NCBI GenBank assembly: GCA_038144855.1
Contig: JAYQOO010000001.1
Coordinates: forward strand, 2,237-66,236
From: Acidimicrobiia bacterium
GTDB taxonomy: Bacteria; Acidobacteriota; Vicinamibacteria; Vicinamibacterales; UBA2999
Direction: 5' to 3'
DNA: 64,000 nucleotides
In this document: in pieces, positions 47,516 through 61,774 of the stretch
Layout of the letters: each line of letters begins with the position of its first letter
Position numbering within the stretch: position 1 is the first letter of the stretch
The notes under the pieces: generated by a model
The model's database searches: none
Told to the model about the DNA's origin: nothing
What the model saw: the letters and a program-made list of their open reading frames with translations, nothing else
Made by a program: the position numbers and the translations under genes

Positions 47516-47933
47516 CATCACCGCGGTCCTGTCTGTGTGCATGGCGGCTACGGCCGTCATGCAGACCAAGCCCACCAACTACAAAGGTCTCGAGATCACG
47601 CCGCTGGGTATCGAGCGGGCGAAGAATGTCGCGCTGGGCGACTGCCCTCCTGGAGCGAACACGGTTCGGGGCAACGCGCTCGACGGAACGGAGTTCGCGG
47701 TCGTCACGCTCGGCTTCGAGGTCACGCCGGCATTCGACGCCAAGACCATCGTCAAGAAGCCGGTGCTGACCGACGCGTCCGGTAAGACTTTCCAGACCTC
47801 GGCCTCGATCATCGACGCAGGCTCGGTGCCTGAATACAAGTGCACGTTCCCGTTCCGGGTGCCAACCGGAACGAAGATCGCGTCGGTCTCCATCGACACC
47901 GCGACAATCAACGTCGCTGCCCTCGATAAGTAA
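47502..47933 (+). CDS. Hypothetical secreted beta-sandwich protein
   Basis: Overlaps upstream stop; signal peptide; LTDASGKTF; Cys pair. Confidence 0.7.
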   Translation: MRLSSITAVLSVCMAATAVMQTKPTNYKGLEITPLGIERAKNVALGDCPPGANTVRGNALDGTEFAVVTLGFEVTPAFDAKTIVKKPVLTDASGKTFQTSASIIDAGSVPEYKCTFPFRVPTGTKIASVSIDTATINVAALDK

Positions 47934-47947
47934 GCTACGCTCGGAGC

Positions 47948-48385
47948 ATGCTGGAACTCGCCGAACGTGTGGCCGAGACGCTGGATGTCGGTCCGGGCAC
48001 TCGCATGTTCGAGGTCGATTGTGGCCCCGGGGAGTTCCTCTATCCGTTCTACATGAACGGTTTCGTGGTCGGCGGCACGGACTCACAGGCTGACGCGATC
48101 GAACAGGCCACGGTCGCGATGCCCGAAGGCCTCTTCCAGGTCGCGACAGCGGAGGCGCTCGATCCAGCCATTCCCTGGGACGTCGTGGTGTGCCGGTCGC
48201 TCGGCGACGCACCGTCATCCGACTACATGCGCGGCCTTGTCGCGCGCATGTTCGCCAAGGCGACGCACGCCGTCGCCTTGCTCGATGTCCCAGAGCCGCA
48301 TCAGCGCGCGTTGATGCATGCGCTGAATGAAGCCGGTGCACAAGCGATCCAGATCGAAGGCGCACATCTCTTCGCGCGCGTCTGA
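47948..48385 (+). CDS. Short class I SAM-methyltransferase-like protein
   Basis: FEVDCGPGEF (degenerate motif I), WDVVVC. Confidence 0.55.
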   Translation: MLELAERVAETLDVGPGTRMFEVDCGPGEFLYPFYMNGFVVGGTDSQADAIEQATVAMPEGLFQVATAEALDPAIPWDVVVCRSLGDAPSSDYMRGLVARMFAKATHAVALLDVPEPHQRALMHALNEAGAQAIQIEGAHLFARV

Positions 48386-48481
48386 GTTCTTCACCGTCCC
48401 GTAATTTTGTGTCTCACTGCGTCAGCAGATTCGAATCTGCGACAGTCCCCTGTTTAATGGATGGATAGGAGACTCTCGTCG

Positions 48482-48790
48482 ATGAAGAAGCTGTTTATCC
48501 TCGCGTTCGCGCTGGCGATCGCCACGTCGGCCTTTGCGCAAAAGAAGGTCACTGCCGACTACTCGGGCATCGTTGACAAGTACGACGCCGCCACCAAGAC
48601 CGTGGTTATCAAGCGGAAAGACAAGCAGGGTGAGTTCGTCATCACCGATGCGTCTGAAGTGCTGAACAACAATGCCAAGGCTGATGCGTCAGCGATTGCC
48701 GTCGGCCAGAAGGCCGAGGTCAAGTTCTGGCTCGAGGGCTCGAAGAAGATCGTGCAGAAGCTCAAGGTCAGCGGCCCGGCGACCAAATAG
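48482..48790 (+). CDS. Small secreted OB-fold-like protein
   Basis: AGGAG RBS; AFA-Q signal; GIV..D..TVVI..VGQKAEV. Confidence 0.75.
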   Translation: MKKLFILAFALAIATSAFAQKKVTADYSGIVDKYDAATKTVVIKRKDKQGEFVITDASEVLNNNAKADASAIAVGQKAEVKFWLEGSKKIVQKLKVSGPATK

Positions 48791-48820
48791 CGCCGTCACG
48801 CTCAACGCGCCGTACGCAAC

Positions 48821-48857
48821 AACACGGGCCGAAGGGTCACCCCTTCGCCCGCGTTTT
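48821..48857. terminator. Hairpin terminator between convergent units
   Basis: CGGG-C-CGAAGGG-tcac-CCCTTCG-CCCG followed by T run. Confidence 0.65.
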
Positions 48858-48897
48858 GTCTTTCCAGGGGCCCGCAGGCCCGTCACGCTTGCCCGGC

Positions 48898-49262
48898 TTA
48901 GTGCGAGGCCGGTTCCGGTGCCGCCATCTGACCCGCGGCGTCCGTGGGCCGCGGCATCGCAATGAAGTCCTTCGAGGTGTAGTCGATCAGCATCATTCCC
49001 AGCAGGATCGCCAGGAAGAACAAGCCGGTCGCCAGCGTCAGCTTGGTCAGGTGGCTCTGCCACTTGACGTGCATGAAGTACCACACCACCAAGACGGCCT
49101 TCGTGACGGCGATCAGCATCGCCACCGGGAAATTCAGCGAGCCGAGGTCAACAAACGCCGCGCCAACCGTCAAGGCGGTGCCCACCATCAGCGCCAGGAA
49201 GATGGTGATGTAGAGCGAGATCGGGGAGATGTGCCCCGAGCCGTGCGATGCGTGGTCCGACA

Positions 49263-49263
<1 letters not shown>
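48898..49263 (-). CDS. ctaF: Cytochrome c oxidase subunit IV
   Basis: IAVTKAVLVVWYFMHVK. Confidence 0.85.
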
Positions 49264-51639
<2,376 letters not shown>

Positions 51640-51642
51640 GGC

Positions 51643-52650
51643 TTACTTCTTCTCCGCGGCTGCGGGCGCAGGTGTAGCGGCAGCCGGTGCGGCAGCTGCG
51701 GTTGAGGATGCCGTCGCCTTCGGCGACATCGACTTCACGTGTTCGAGCAACGCAACGAGGTTCTCTTCGCTGACCAGGCCCTGGAAAGTCGGCATCAGCG
51801 GCTGGAACCCCTTCACGATCTTGGCCTGCGAATTCAGGATCGATTCACGCAGGTAGGCTTCATCGATCACGGCCGACGTGCCGTCCTGGAATTCGACGTT
51901 CGTGCCGACGATGTCCTTCAACGAGGGACCGCGGCCCTGGCCGGTGTCGAGGTGGCAGGTCTGGCAGGCCAGGTCGTTGAACAGCTTGGCGCCGCGCTGC
52001 GCCAGCGTACCTTCCATCCCGCCGCCCTGCAACCACGCCTGATACGCGGCTGGCTCGAGCACGGTCACGTTGCCGATCATGCCGGCGTGGTTGGTGCCGC
52101 AGTACTCGGTGCAGAAGATGTGGTACGTGCCGGGCTTCTGCGCTTCGAACCACAACTCGGTGTAACGCCCTGGGATGGCGTCCATCTTGGTGCGGAACGC
52201 CGGGAAATACAGGCTGTGCAGCACGTCTTCCGAGCTGATCGTGATCTTGACGGGACGGCCAGCCGGAATGTGCAGCTCGTTGATCTCGCGCTGCCCTTCG
52301 AGGTGCTGGAACTTCCACATCCACTGCTTGCCGACGGCATACAGGTGCAGCGCTTCGTCGGGCGGACGGCGCAGGTGGTAGTAGACCGAGGCGCCCCACC
52401 CGAACATGAACATCGCGATGATCGTCGGGATCACGCTCCACAGCAGTTCGAGCGGCAGGTTGCCCTCGATGCGCGCGCCGATCTGGCCCTCATGCGTCTT
52501 GCGGTACTTCAGGCCCAGCAGGACCACCGCTATCGACACACCGATCGCAAAGAACGCGCATGTCGCGAGGATGAAGAAATATAGCGCGTCGACGTCCTTG
52601 GCGAACGTCGATGCCTGCTCTGGGAAAATCGGTATGCCGAATATAGTCAT
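51643..52650 (-). CDS. ctaC: Cytochrome c oxidase subunit II with fused cytochrome c (caa3)
   Basis: DVLH, CTEYCGTNHAGM (CuA), CQTCH..MP. Confidence 0.95.
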   Translation of the reverse strand: MTIFGIPIFPEQASTFAKDVDALYFFILATCAFFAIGVSIAVVLLGLKYRKTHEGQIGARIEGNLPLELLWSVIPTIIAMFMFGWGASVYYHLRRPPDEALHLYAVGKQWMWKFQHLEGQREINELHIPAGRPVKITISSEDVLHSLYFPAFRTKMDAIPGRYTELWFEAQKPGTYHIFCTEYCGTNHAGMIGNVTVLEPAAYQAWLQGGGMEGTLAQRGAKLFNDLACQTCHLDTGQGRGPSLKDIVGTNVEFQDGTSAVIDEAYLRESILNSQAKIVKGFQPLMPTFQGLVSEENLVALLEHVKSMSPKATASSTAAAAPAAATPAPAAAEKK

Positions 52651-52656
52651 TAGCTA

Positions 52657-53499
52657 CTATCCGTTCGACTCACGCCGTAACGAGACGAACACAAAACCAA
52701 CCAGCGCCAGGATCGTCACTGCGCCGGCCACGCGCACCGCGCGCATGGCCACGAACCCGTAATTCCCCGTCGTCGGGTCGTAGTGATAGCAATACAGCAG
52801 CAGCTTGTCGGCGAGCGTGCCGACGCGTCCCTGGCTCGACTCGATCAGCGCGAACTTGACGTCACGCGGCGAGTAGTCGATGCCGAGGAAGTACCGCGAG
52901 ATCGTGCCGCCGGGCGTGGCGATCACGATGCCGCTGGCGTGCGCAAACTGCTGCGACGGCTCGTCCCACACGAAGTTGAACCCTGCCGCCTTGGTCAGCG
53001 TCTCGATCGACGCCTGGTCGCCGGTCAGGAAGTGCCAGCCCTGTTCGGCTTCCGGACGCTTGTAGCGTTCGAGGTACGCCTTCTTCTTGCCCGCGGCCAG
53101 GACCGGTGTCTCTTTCGGATCGAAGCTCACCGTCACGACGTCGAATTCCTTGCCGATCGACTCGTTCAGCACGCGCAGGCTGCTTTCGAGGCCGTTGAGC
53201 ACTTCGGTGCACAACATCGGGCACTCGTAATACACGAACGTCAGCACCACGGGCTTGCGGCCGAAGTAGTCGCCGAGCCTGACCGCCTTGCCCTGCTCGT
53301 CCTTGAACGGCAGGTCCAGCGGCAACTGTTCGTTCAGGCGCTGCTCGAACGACACCTTCTCCAGCGCCACCGGCTTCTTGTTCGACGGCAGCGTCGGATC
53401 CGGCATCACGCCGGGCGCGTTGCCCTGCGCCGACACGACGGCCGACATGAGCACGAGGCTCATCAGGCCGATTGCCGTTCGCAGTGTCGAGTTCACCAA
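52657..53499 (-). CDS. SCO family copper chaperone
   Basis: YYECPMLC, FAH. Confidence 0.9.
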   Translation of the reverse strand: MVNSTLRTAIGLMSLVLMSAVVSAQGNAPGVMPDPTLPSNKKPVALEKVSFEQRLNEQLPLDLPFKDEQGKAVRLGDYFGRKPVVLTFVYYECPMLCTEVLNGLESSLRVLNESIGKEFDVVTVSFDPKETPVLAAGKKKAYLERYKRPEAEQGWHFLTGDQASIETLTKAAGFNFVWDEPSQQFAHASGIVIATPGGTISRYFLGIDYSPRDVKFALIESSQGRVGTLADKLLLYCYHYDPTTGNYGFVAMRAVRVAGAVTILALVGFVFVSLRRESNG

Positions 53500-53525
53500 A
53501 TCACCAAATCACGAAAGCAACAGCG

Positions 53526-54008
53526 TTAGCGGGGCACCGTAGTGCGGCCAGACGACGAGTCCTGCGTCACCACGTTCAACGCGTTGCCGCCTTCGGCACG
53601 CGCCGGGAATCCGCGTTCCAGCATCACGTCCATCGCGCGATCGATCGGGATGTGCGTCACGCCGCCTTCCTTGTCGACCCAGCCGTAGCCCCCGAGCCTG
53701 GCCGCTTCGGCCTGGCGCAGCTTGTAGACATCCTTGAACGGCTGCGTCTGCAGGTTCGGCAGCGGCGGCTCACGATGCTGGCCGGCGGCCAGCGGGAACT
53801 TTTGCGCCGCGGCGTTGGCCGCACGTTCACGTCCCTCGAAGAACCAGAAGACGCCATAGACGATGCCGAACGAGATGAACATCGCCACGCTCAGCCACAG
53901 CGCGAACTTGTAGCCGACGCTCGGGTCGATGTCGGTGTGCTCGTACTGCGCGCCGGGCGGATTCGGCCCGTACTCGATGTCGTGTTCGCTCACGTGCTCA
54001 GTGGACAT
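53526..54008 (-). CDS. Single-TM protein in the ActG position of the ACIII operon
   Basis: One TM; PNLQ..YGWVD..HIPIDRAM; coupled to actF. Confidence 0.65.
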   Translation of the reverse strand: MSTEHVSEHDIEYGPNPPGAQYEHTDIDPSVGYKFALWLSVAMFISFGIVYGVFWFFEGRERAANAAAQKFPLAAGQHREPPLPNLQTQPFKDVYKLRQAEAARLGGYGWVDKEGGVTHIPIDRAMDVMLERGFPARAEGGNALNVVTQDSSSGRTTVPR

Positions 54009-55200
54009 GGTGATGCAGCACCTTATCTAGGGCCGGGTCATTGACCGGCAACAGCGAACGTCCGCTCAGGTTGGACACGAACAGGGAGATGAATACCCCG
54101 CCCAGCGCCAACGGCAGCGCAACGTCGAGCAGGCTGATCGACAACCCGCCCTTGGTCAGTTCCGGGGCCACGTGCCAGTAGTAGTCGGCGACGCGCGCCA
54201 TCAGGATCCACGTCGCGATGACCCGCAGCTTGCCCATGTTGCGCTTGATGTCGCGTGACAACAGCAGCGCGTAGGGCAGCATGAAGTGCCCGATGATGAT
54301 GAAGATGCTGAGGTACTTGTAGCTGTTCTCCCAGCGATCCAGGTAGTACGGAATCTCTTCGGGGATGTTCGCCGACCAGATGATGATGAACTGCGAGAAC
54401 GTCAAATACGCCCACAGCATCAGGAACGCGAACAGGAACTTGCCGAGGTCGTGGAAGTGATGGCTGGTCAGCACCCGGTTGAGCGGTGCCGCCTGCGCCA
54501 GCAGCAGCAGGACAACGATACCGAAGGCAAACGCGGACAGGCCCTGGCCGCCGGCGTAGAGCATGCCCCAGATCGTCGAGAACCAATGCGGGTTCACCGA
54601 CATCGTCCAGTCGACCATTGCGAAGGTCAGCGTGAGGCCGTAGATCAGCAGGCCGGCGCCTGACAGCTTCGACAGCTTGTCGAGCAGTGCTGCATCACCC
54701 GTGCGATCGTGTTCGGCCGACCACTTCACGAGCAGGTGGCCCATCACGTTCCACACGATGAAGTAGAACGCCTGGCGGCCGAGGAAGAACGGCGTGTTGA
54801 GATACAGCGCCTTGGCCGCGATCAGCGGATCGGTTTCCGTGATGCCCTCGTGTGACCACTCGTAGAGCGAGTGCATCCCGAGGATGATCGGGATGAACAG
54901 CAGCGTCATCACCGGCAGCGTGCGCACCGCCGCTTCGAACGGGCGGCGCAGGATGATGCCCCATACGCCGCCGGTGAGGTACTGCACCATCAGCAGCGCC
55001 ATGCTGCCGAGCAGTACGCCCATCCAGAAGGTGTAGGCAATCAGGTAGGCCTGGTAGAAGCGATCCACACCAGACATGAAGAAGCCGGCCGCGGCCAGCA
55101 CCACGCCGAGCACGGCGATGATCATGCCGAACTGACGCATGCCCGGCAGGGGCGCGCCTGAAGGGGTGTAGGTTTCGGGAGTCGCAGTCGTCGTCGACAC
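53998..55200 (-). CDS. actF: Alternative complex III subunit F
   Basis: Polytopic; HWFSTIWG, HDLGKF, WAYLTFSQ..IWSANIPEE. Confidence 0.88.
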   Translation of the reverse strand: MSTTTATPETYTPSGAPLPGMRQFGMIIAVLGVVLAAAGFFMSGVDRFYQAYLIAYTFWMGVLLGSMALLMVQYLTGGVWGIILRRPFEAAVRTLPVMTLLFIPIILGMHSLYEWSHEGITETDPLIAAKALYLNTPFFLGRQAFYFIVWNVMGHLLVKWSAEHDRTGDAALLDKLSKLSGAGLLIYGLTLTFAMVDWTMSVNPHWFSTIWGMLYAGGQGLSAFAFGIVVLLLLAQAAPLNRVLTSHHFHDLGKFLFAFLMLWAYLTFSQFIIIWSANIPEEIPYYLDRWENSYKYLSIFIIIGHFMLPYALLLSRDIKRNMGKLRVIATWILMARVADYYWHVAPELTKGGLSISLLDVALPLALGGVFISLFVSNLSGRSLLPVNDPALDKVLHHHVH

Positions 55201-55817
55201 TAGTGTTTCTCCGCCGGCTTGGCCGTGCTCGCGCCCGGCGCGGCTTCCGTTCCAGCATCAAGCGCCGCGCGCTGATCAGCCGGGACGTCGTTGACCGACG
55301 CGTGCTGGCTCAGTTGCAGCGTGCGCACGTAGGCGACGATCAGCCAGCGGTCGCGGACCGGAATCTGTTCCGCGTAGCCCTGCATGGCGCCGAAGCCGTT
55401 GGTGATGACGTCGTAGAAGTAGCCGAGCTTCTCTTCACGCAGGCGATCCTGGTGATATGACGCCGCCTGGCGCAGACCGCGCTGCACCACCATGCCGTTG
55501 CCGTCGCCAAGCTTGCCGTGGCAGGGCGTGCAGTAGATGTTGTAGCGCTGCTGACCGCGCGCGAGTTCTTCGCGGCCGATCGCAAACGGGAACTCGTTGA
55601 CGGCCTGGCCGGCGAGCTTGCCGGTGTAGAGCGCCTCGTCGTCGCGCAGCCAGCCGCGCGCCACCGTGCCGGCCGGAGCCGTGCGCGACGCGCGGTTGTC
55701 GGCGAACGTCGAACTTGCCTCGAACGCCTCGTAGCGCGGCGCATCGTGCATGTCCTGGCGGCAGCCGGCGAGAATCGCGGTGGACGCGACGATCGCGAGC
55801 AGTGACTTATTCAGCAA
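55200..55817 (-). CDS. actE: Alternative complex III subunit E (monoheme lipoprotein)
   Basis: LAGC-RQDM lipobox; CTPCH. Confidence 0.9.
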   Translation of the reverse strand: MLNKSLLAIVASTAILAGCRQDMHDAPRYEAFEASSTFADNRASRTAPAGTVARGWLRDDEALYTGKLAGQAVNEFPFAIGREELARGQQRYNIYCTPCHGKLGDGNGMVVQRGLRQAASYHQDRLREEKLGYFYDVITNGFGAMQGYAEQIPVRDRWLIVAYVRTLQLSQHASVNDVPADQRAALDAGTEAAPGASTAKPAEKH

Positions 55818-56352
55818 CGTCGTACACTCCCTTCGCGCCCGTGCCCTGCAGGAAGCTGGTCGCCTCGCTGAACTTCGGATCGGTCGATTCGATCACCAGG
55901 AAGAACTTGTCCGAGCTCGCCATCGAGAAGCGCTCGACGTTGAACACCGGGTGATACGGCTGCGGCAGGCCGCTCAGCACGATCATGCCGATCGCGGCGG
56001 TCAGCGCGGAAAACAGAATCGTCAATTCGTAGGACGGCACGATGAACGTCGTCCAGCTGGCCTGCGGCCGGCCACCGATGTTCATCGGGTACTCGATCAC
56101 CGACGCCCAGTACTGCAGCGCAAAGCCGGTCGCCATGCCGGTCAATCCACCCGTCAGCACCAGCTTTGGCAGCACGGTGCGCTTCTTGTGGATGATGTCG
56201 TTCAGTTCTTCGATCGGCACGGGTGAATAGGCTTCGACACGCGTGAAGCCCTGCCCCATCGTCTTGCGGGCAGCTTCCACGAGCGCCTGGCCGGATTCGA
56301 ACTCGGCCATCACGCCATGCAGGCCGGGTGAGGTCTCAGGTGTGTGCGACAT
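55807..56352 (-). CDS. actD: Alternative complex III subunit D (DUF3341)
   Basis: EAYSPVP, YPMNIGGRP, YELTILF. Confidence 0.9.
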   Translation of the reverse strand: MSHTPETSPGLHGVMAEFESGQALVEAARKTMGQGFTRVEAYSPVPIEELNDIIHKKRTVLPKLVLTGGLTGMATGFALQYWASVIEYPMNIGGRPQASWTTFIVPSYELTILFSALTAAIGMIVLSGLPQPYHPVFNVERFSMASSDKFFLVIESTDPKFSEATSFLQGTGAKGVYDVAE

Positions 56353-57733
56353 CAGTGATCAGCCTTGATCTTTGCCTGCGGCAACAGCGTCTTGACTTCG
56401 AAGATCGAAATCATCGGGATGAAGCGCAGGAACAACAGGAACGCCGTCAGGAACAGACCGAACGTGCCCGCGTAGAGCAGCCAGTCCCACGCCGTCGGCG
56501 AGTAGTGCGCCCACGAGCTTGGCAGGAAGTCGTTGGCGAGCGAGGTGACGACGATCACAAAGCGCTCGAGCCACATGCCGACGCCGACAAACAGCGAGAA
56601 GATGAACAGCACCGTGGTGTTCTGGCGGATCTTCTTGAACCACAGCATCTGCACCATCACGACGTTGATGGCGATCAGCGACCAGTACGACCAGCCGTAC
56701 TGACCGAACATGCGGTTCCACATCATGAAGCGTTCGTGCGGGCTGCCGGAGTACCACGCAAAGAACGCTTCCATCGTGTAGCCGTAGCCGACGATCAGGC
56801 CGGTGGCCAGCGTCACCTTGGCCATGTTGTCGATGTGGCGCATGGTGATCAGGCTTTCCATGCCGTAGAAGCGGCGCACCGGAATCGCCAGCGTCAACAC
56901 CATCGCGAAACCGGCGTAGATCGCGCCGGCGACGAAGTAGGGCGGGAAGATCGTGGCGTGCCAGCCGGGAATCAGCGACACCGCGAAGTCGAAGCTCACG
57001 ACCGTGTGCACGGACAGCACCAGCGGCGTCGAGAGACCCGCGAGGATCAGCGACGCCACTTCATAACGATGCCAGTGACGGGCGGAACCACGCCAGCCGA
57101 GCGAGAACATGCCGTAGATGCGCGCCTTGACCTTCGAGGTGGCGCGATCGCGCAACGTCCCGAGGTCCGGGATCATGCCGATGTACCAGAATACGATCGA
57201 CACGGTCGCGTAGGTCGAGACCGCGAACACGTCCCAGATCAGCGGGCTCTTGAACTGCGGCCACAGGCCCATCGCATTTGGGTACGGGAACAGCCAGTAG
57301 GCCGCCAGCCACGGACGGCCGGTGTGGAACACCGGGAAGATCGCCGCACAGGCCACCGCAAAGATCGTCATCGCTTCGGCGAAACGGCTGATCGACATGC
57401 GCCACTGCTGCTTGAAGAGCAGCAAGATCGCCGAGATGAGCGTGCCGGCGTGGCCAATGCCGATCCACCAGACGAAGTTGATGATCGGGAACGCCCAGCC
57501 GACCGGCTGGTTGGTGCCGAAGATGCCGATACCGGTCATCACCAGGTAGCCGAGCGCCATGTGCAGCACGCCCAGCAGGCCCAGCGAGATCAGCAGGAAA
57601 CCGACCCAGCCAATCGGGAACCGCTTCGACAGCGGGATCTCGGCGATCGTTTCGGTGACCGTCTCGAAGTCGTGACCCGGCAGGATCACCGGCGTCTCTT
57701 GTAACGCCATCGGTTTGTGGATGTTGGGATCCA

Positions 57734-57734
<1 letters not shown>
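56352..57734 (-). CDS. actC: Alternative complex III subunit C (NrfD family)
   Basis: WWIGIGHAGTLISA, HTGRPW, SPLIWDVFA, WLERF. Confidence 0.95.
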
Positions 57735-60906
<3,172 letters not shown>

Positions 60907-60910
<4 letters not shown>

Positions 60911-61566
60911 CGGTGGCACACCGAGCAGTTCGTCAAGCGTTCCCTGTCAGCAATCTTGTATTCGCGCACGAGCTCGGCGCCGAGTTCGGCCTGCGCCTTT
61001 GCCGGCACGTAGCCCATCGTCGTGATCTCGCTGCGCGGCCGGACGTACTTCGCCGGATCGCGGTGGCAGTCGAGACACCATTCCATCTGCAGCGAAGACT
61101 TCTGGATCATCAGCGGCATGCGATCGACGCGGCCGTGGCAGGTCTCGCAGCCAACGCCCTTGCGGACGTGGATGCTGTGGTTGAAGTAAACGAAGTCCGG
61201 CAGGTCGTGGACACGAATCCAGTTGAGCGGCTTGTCGTCGCGGAAGCTGGCGCGCACCGGTTCGAGATACGGGCTCGTGTTCCAGATCTGCGAGTGGCAG
61301 TTGATGCACGTCTTGGTCGGCGGGATGCCGGCCGACGGTGAGACTTCCACCGACGTGTGGCAATAGCGGCACTCGATGCCGATGCCGCCGGCGTGGTGCT
61401 GGTGGCTGAACTGGACGGGCTGTTCGATGAACTGATTAGCCGACGTCACGAAGTCCGACCGTTGAATCATCAGCACGATGTTGCCGACAGCGATCAGCAA
61501 GAACACGAGCGCGATGATGCTGGCCTTGGACCAGGCGTTAGCGCTTTTTGGGAATACCTGCGACAT
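60907..61566 (-). CDS. actA: Alternative complex III subunit A (pentaheme cytochrome c)
   Basis: One TM; CRYCH, CINCH, CETCH, CLDCH, CSVCH. Confidence 0.93.
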
Positions 61567-61678
61567 GCGAATCCAGCAGCCCCTGGGGTTAGTTGAGCGC
61601 GCACAGCTCTCCCAAAATCGGCTGGGACGAACGGCGCAAAACAGCTCACTTTATCTCGATTTACCGACGTCGAGACTC

Positions 61679-61696
61679 TTGTGAAAAATTTCTCAA
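61679..61696. promoter_or_regulatory. Rex-type operator
   Basis: TTGTGAA-AAAT-TTCTCAA, one mismatch from TTGTGAA-N4-TTCACAA. Confidence 0.7.
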
Positions 61697-61699
61697 GCT

Positions 61700-61729
61700 A
61701 TTGTATGCCGCGCTTATGGCTCAGCACAA
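61700..61729 (-). promoter_or_regulatory. Putative sigma-70 promoter of act-cta operon
   Basis: TTGTGC-N18-TACAAT on minus strand. Confidence 0.5.
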
Positions 61730-61774
61730 TTGCGACTGGAACAGTCGGAGTTTAAAGATTCGTATTTTTCCCGG

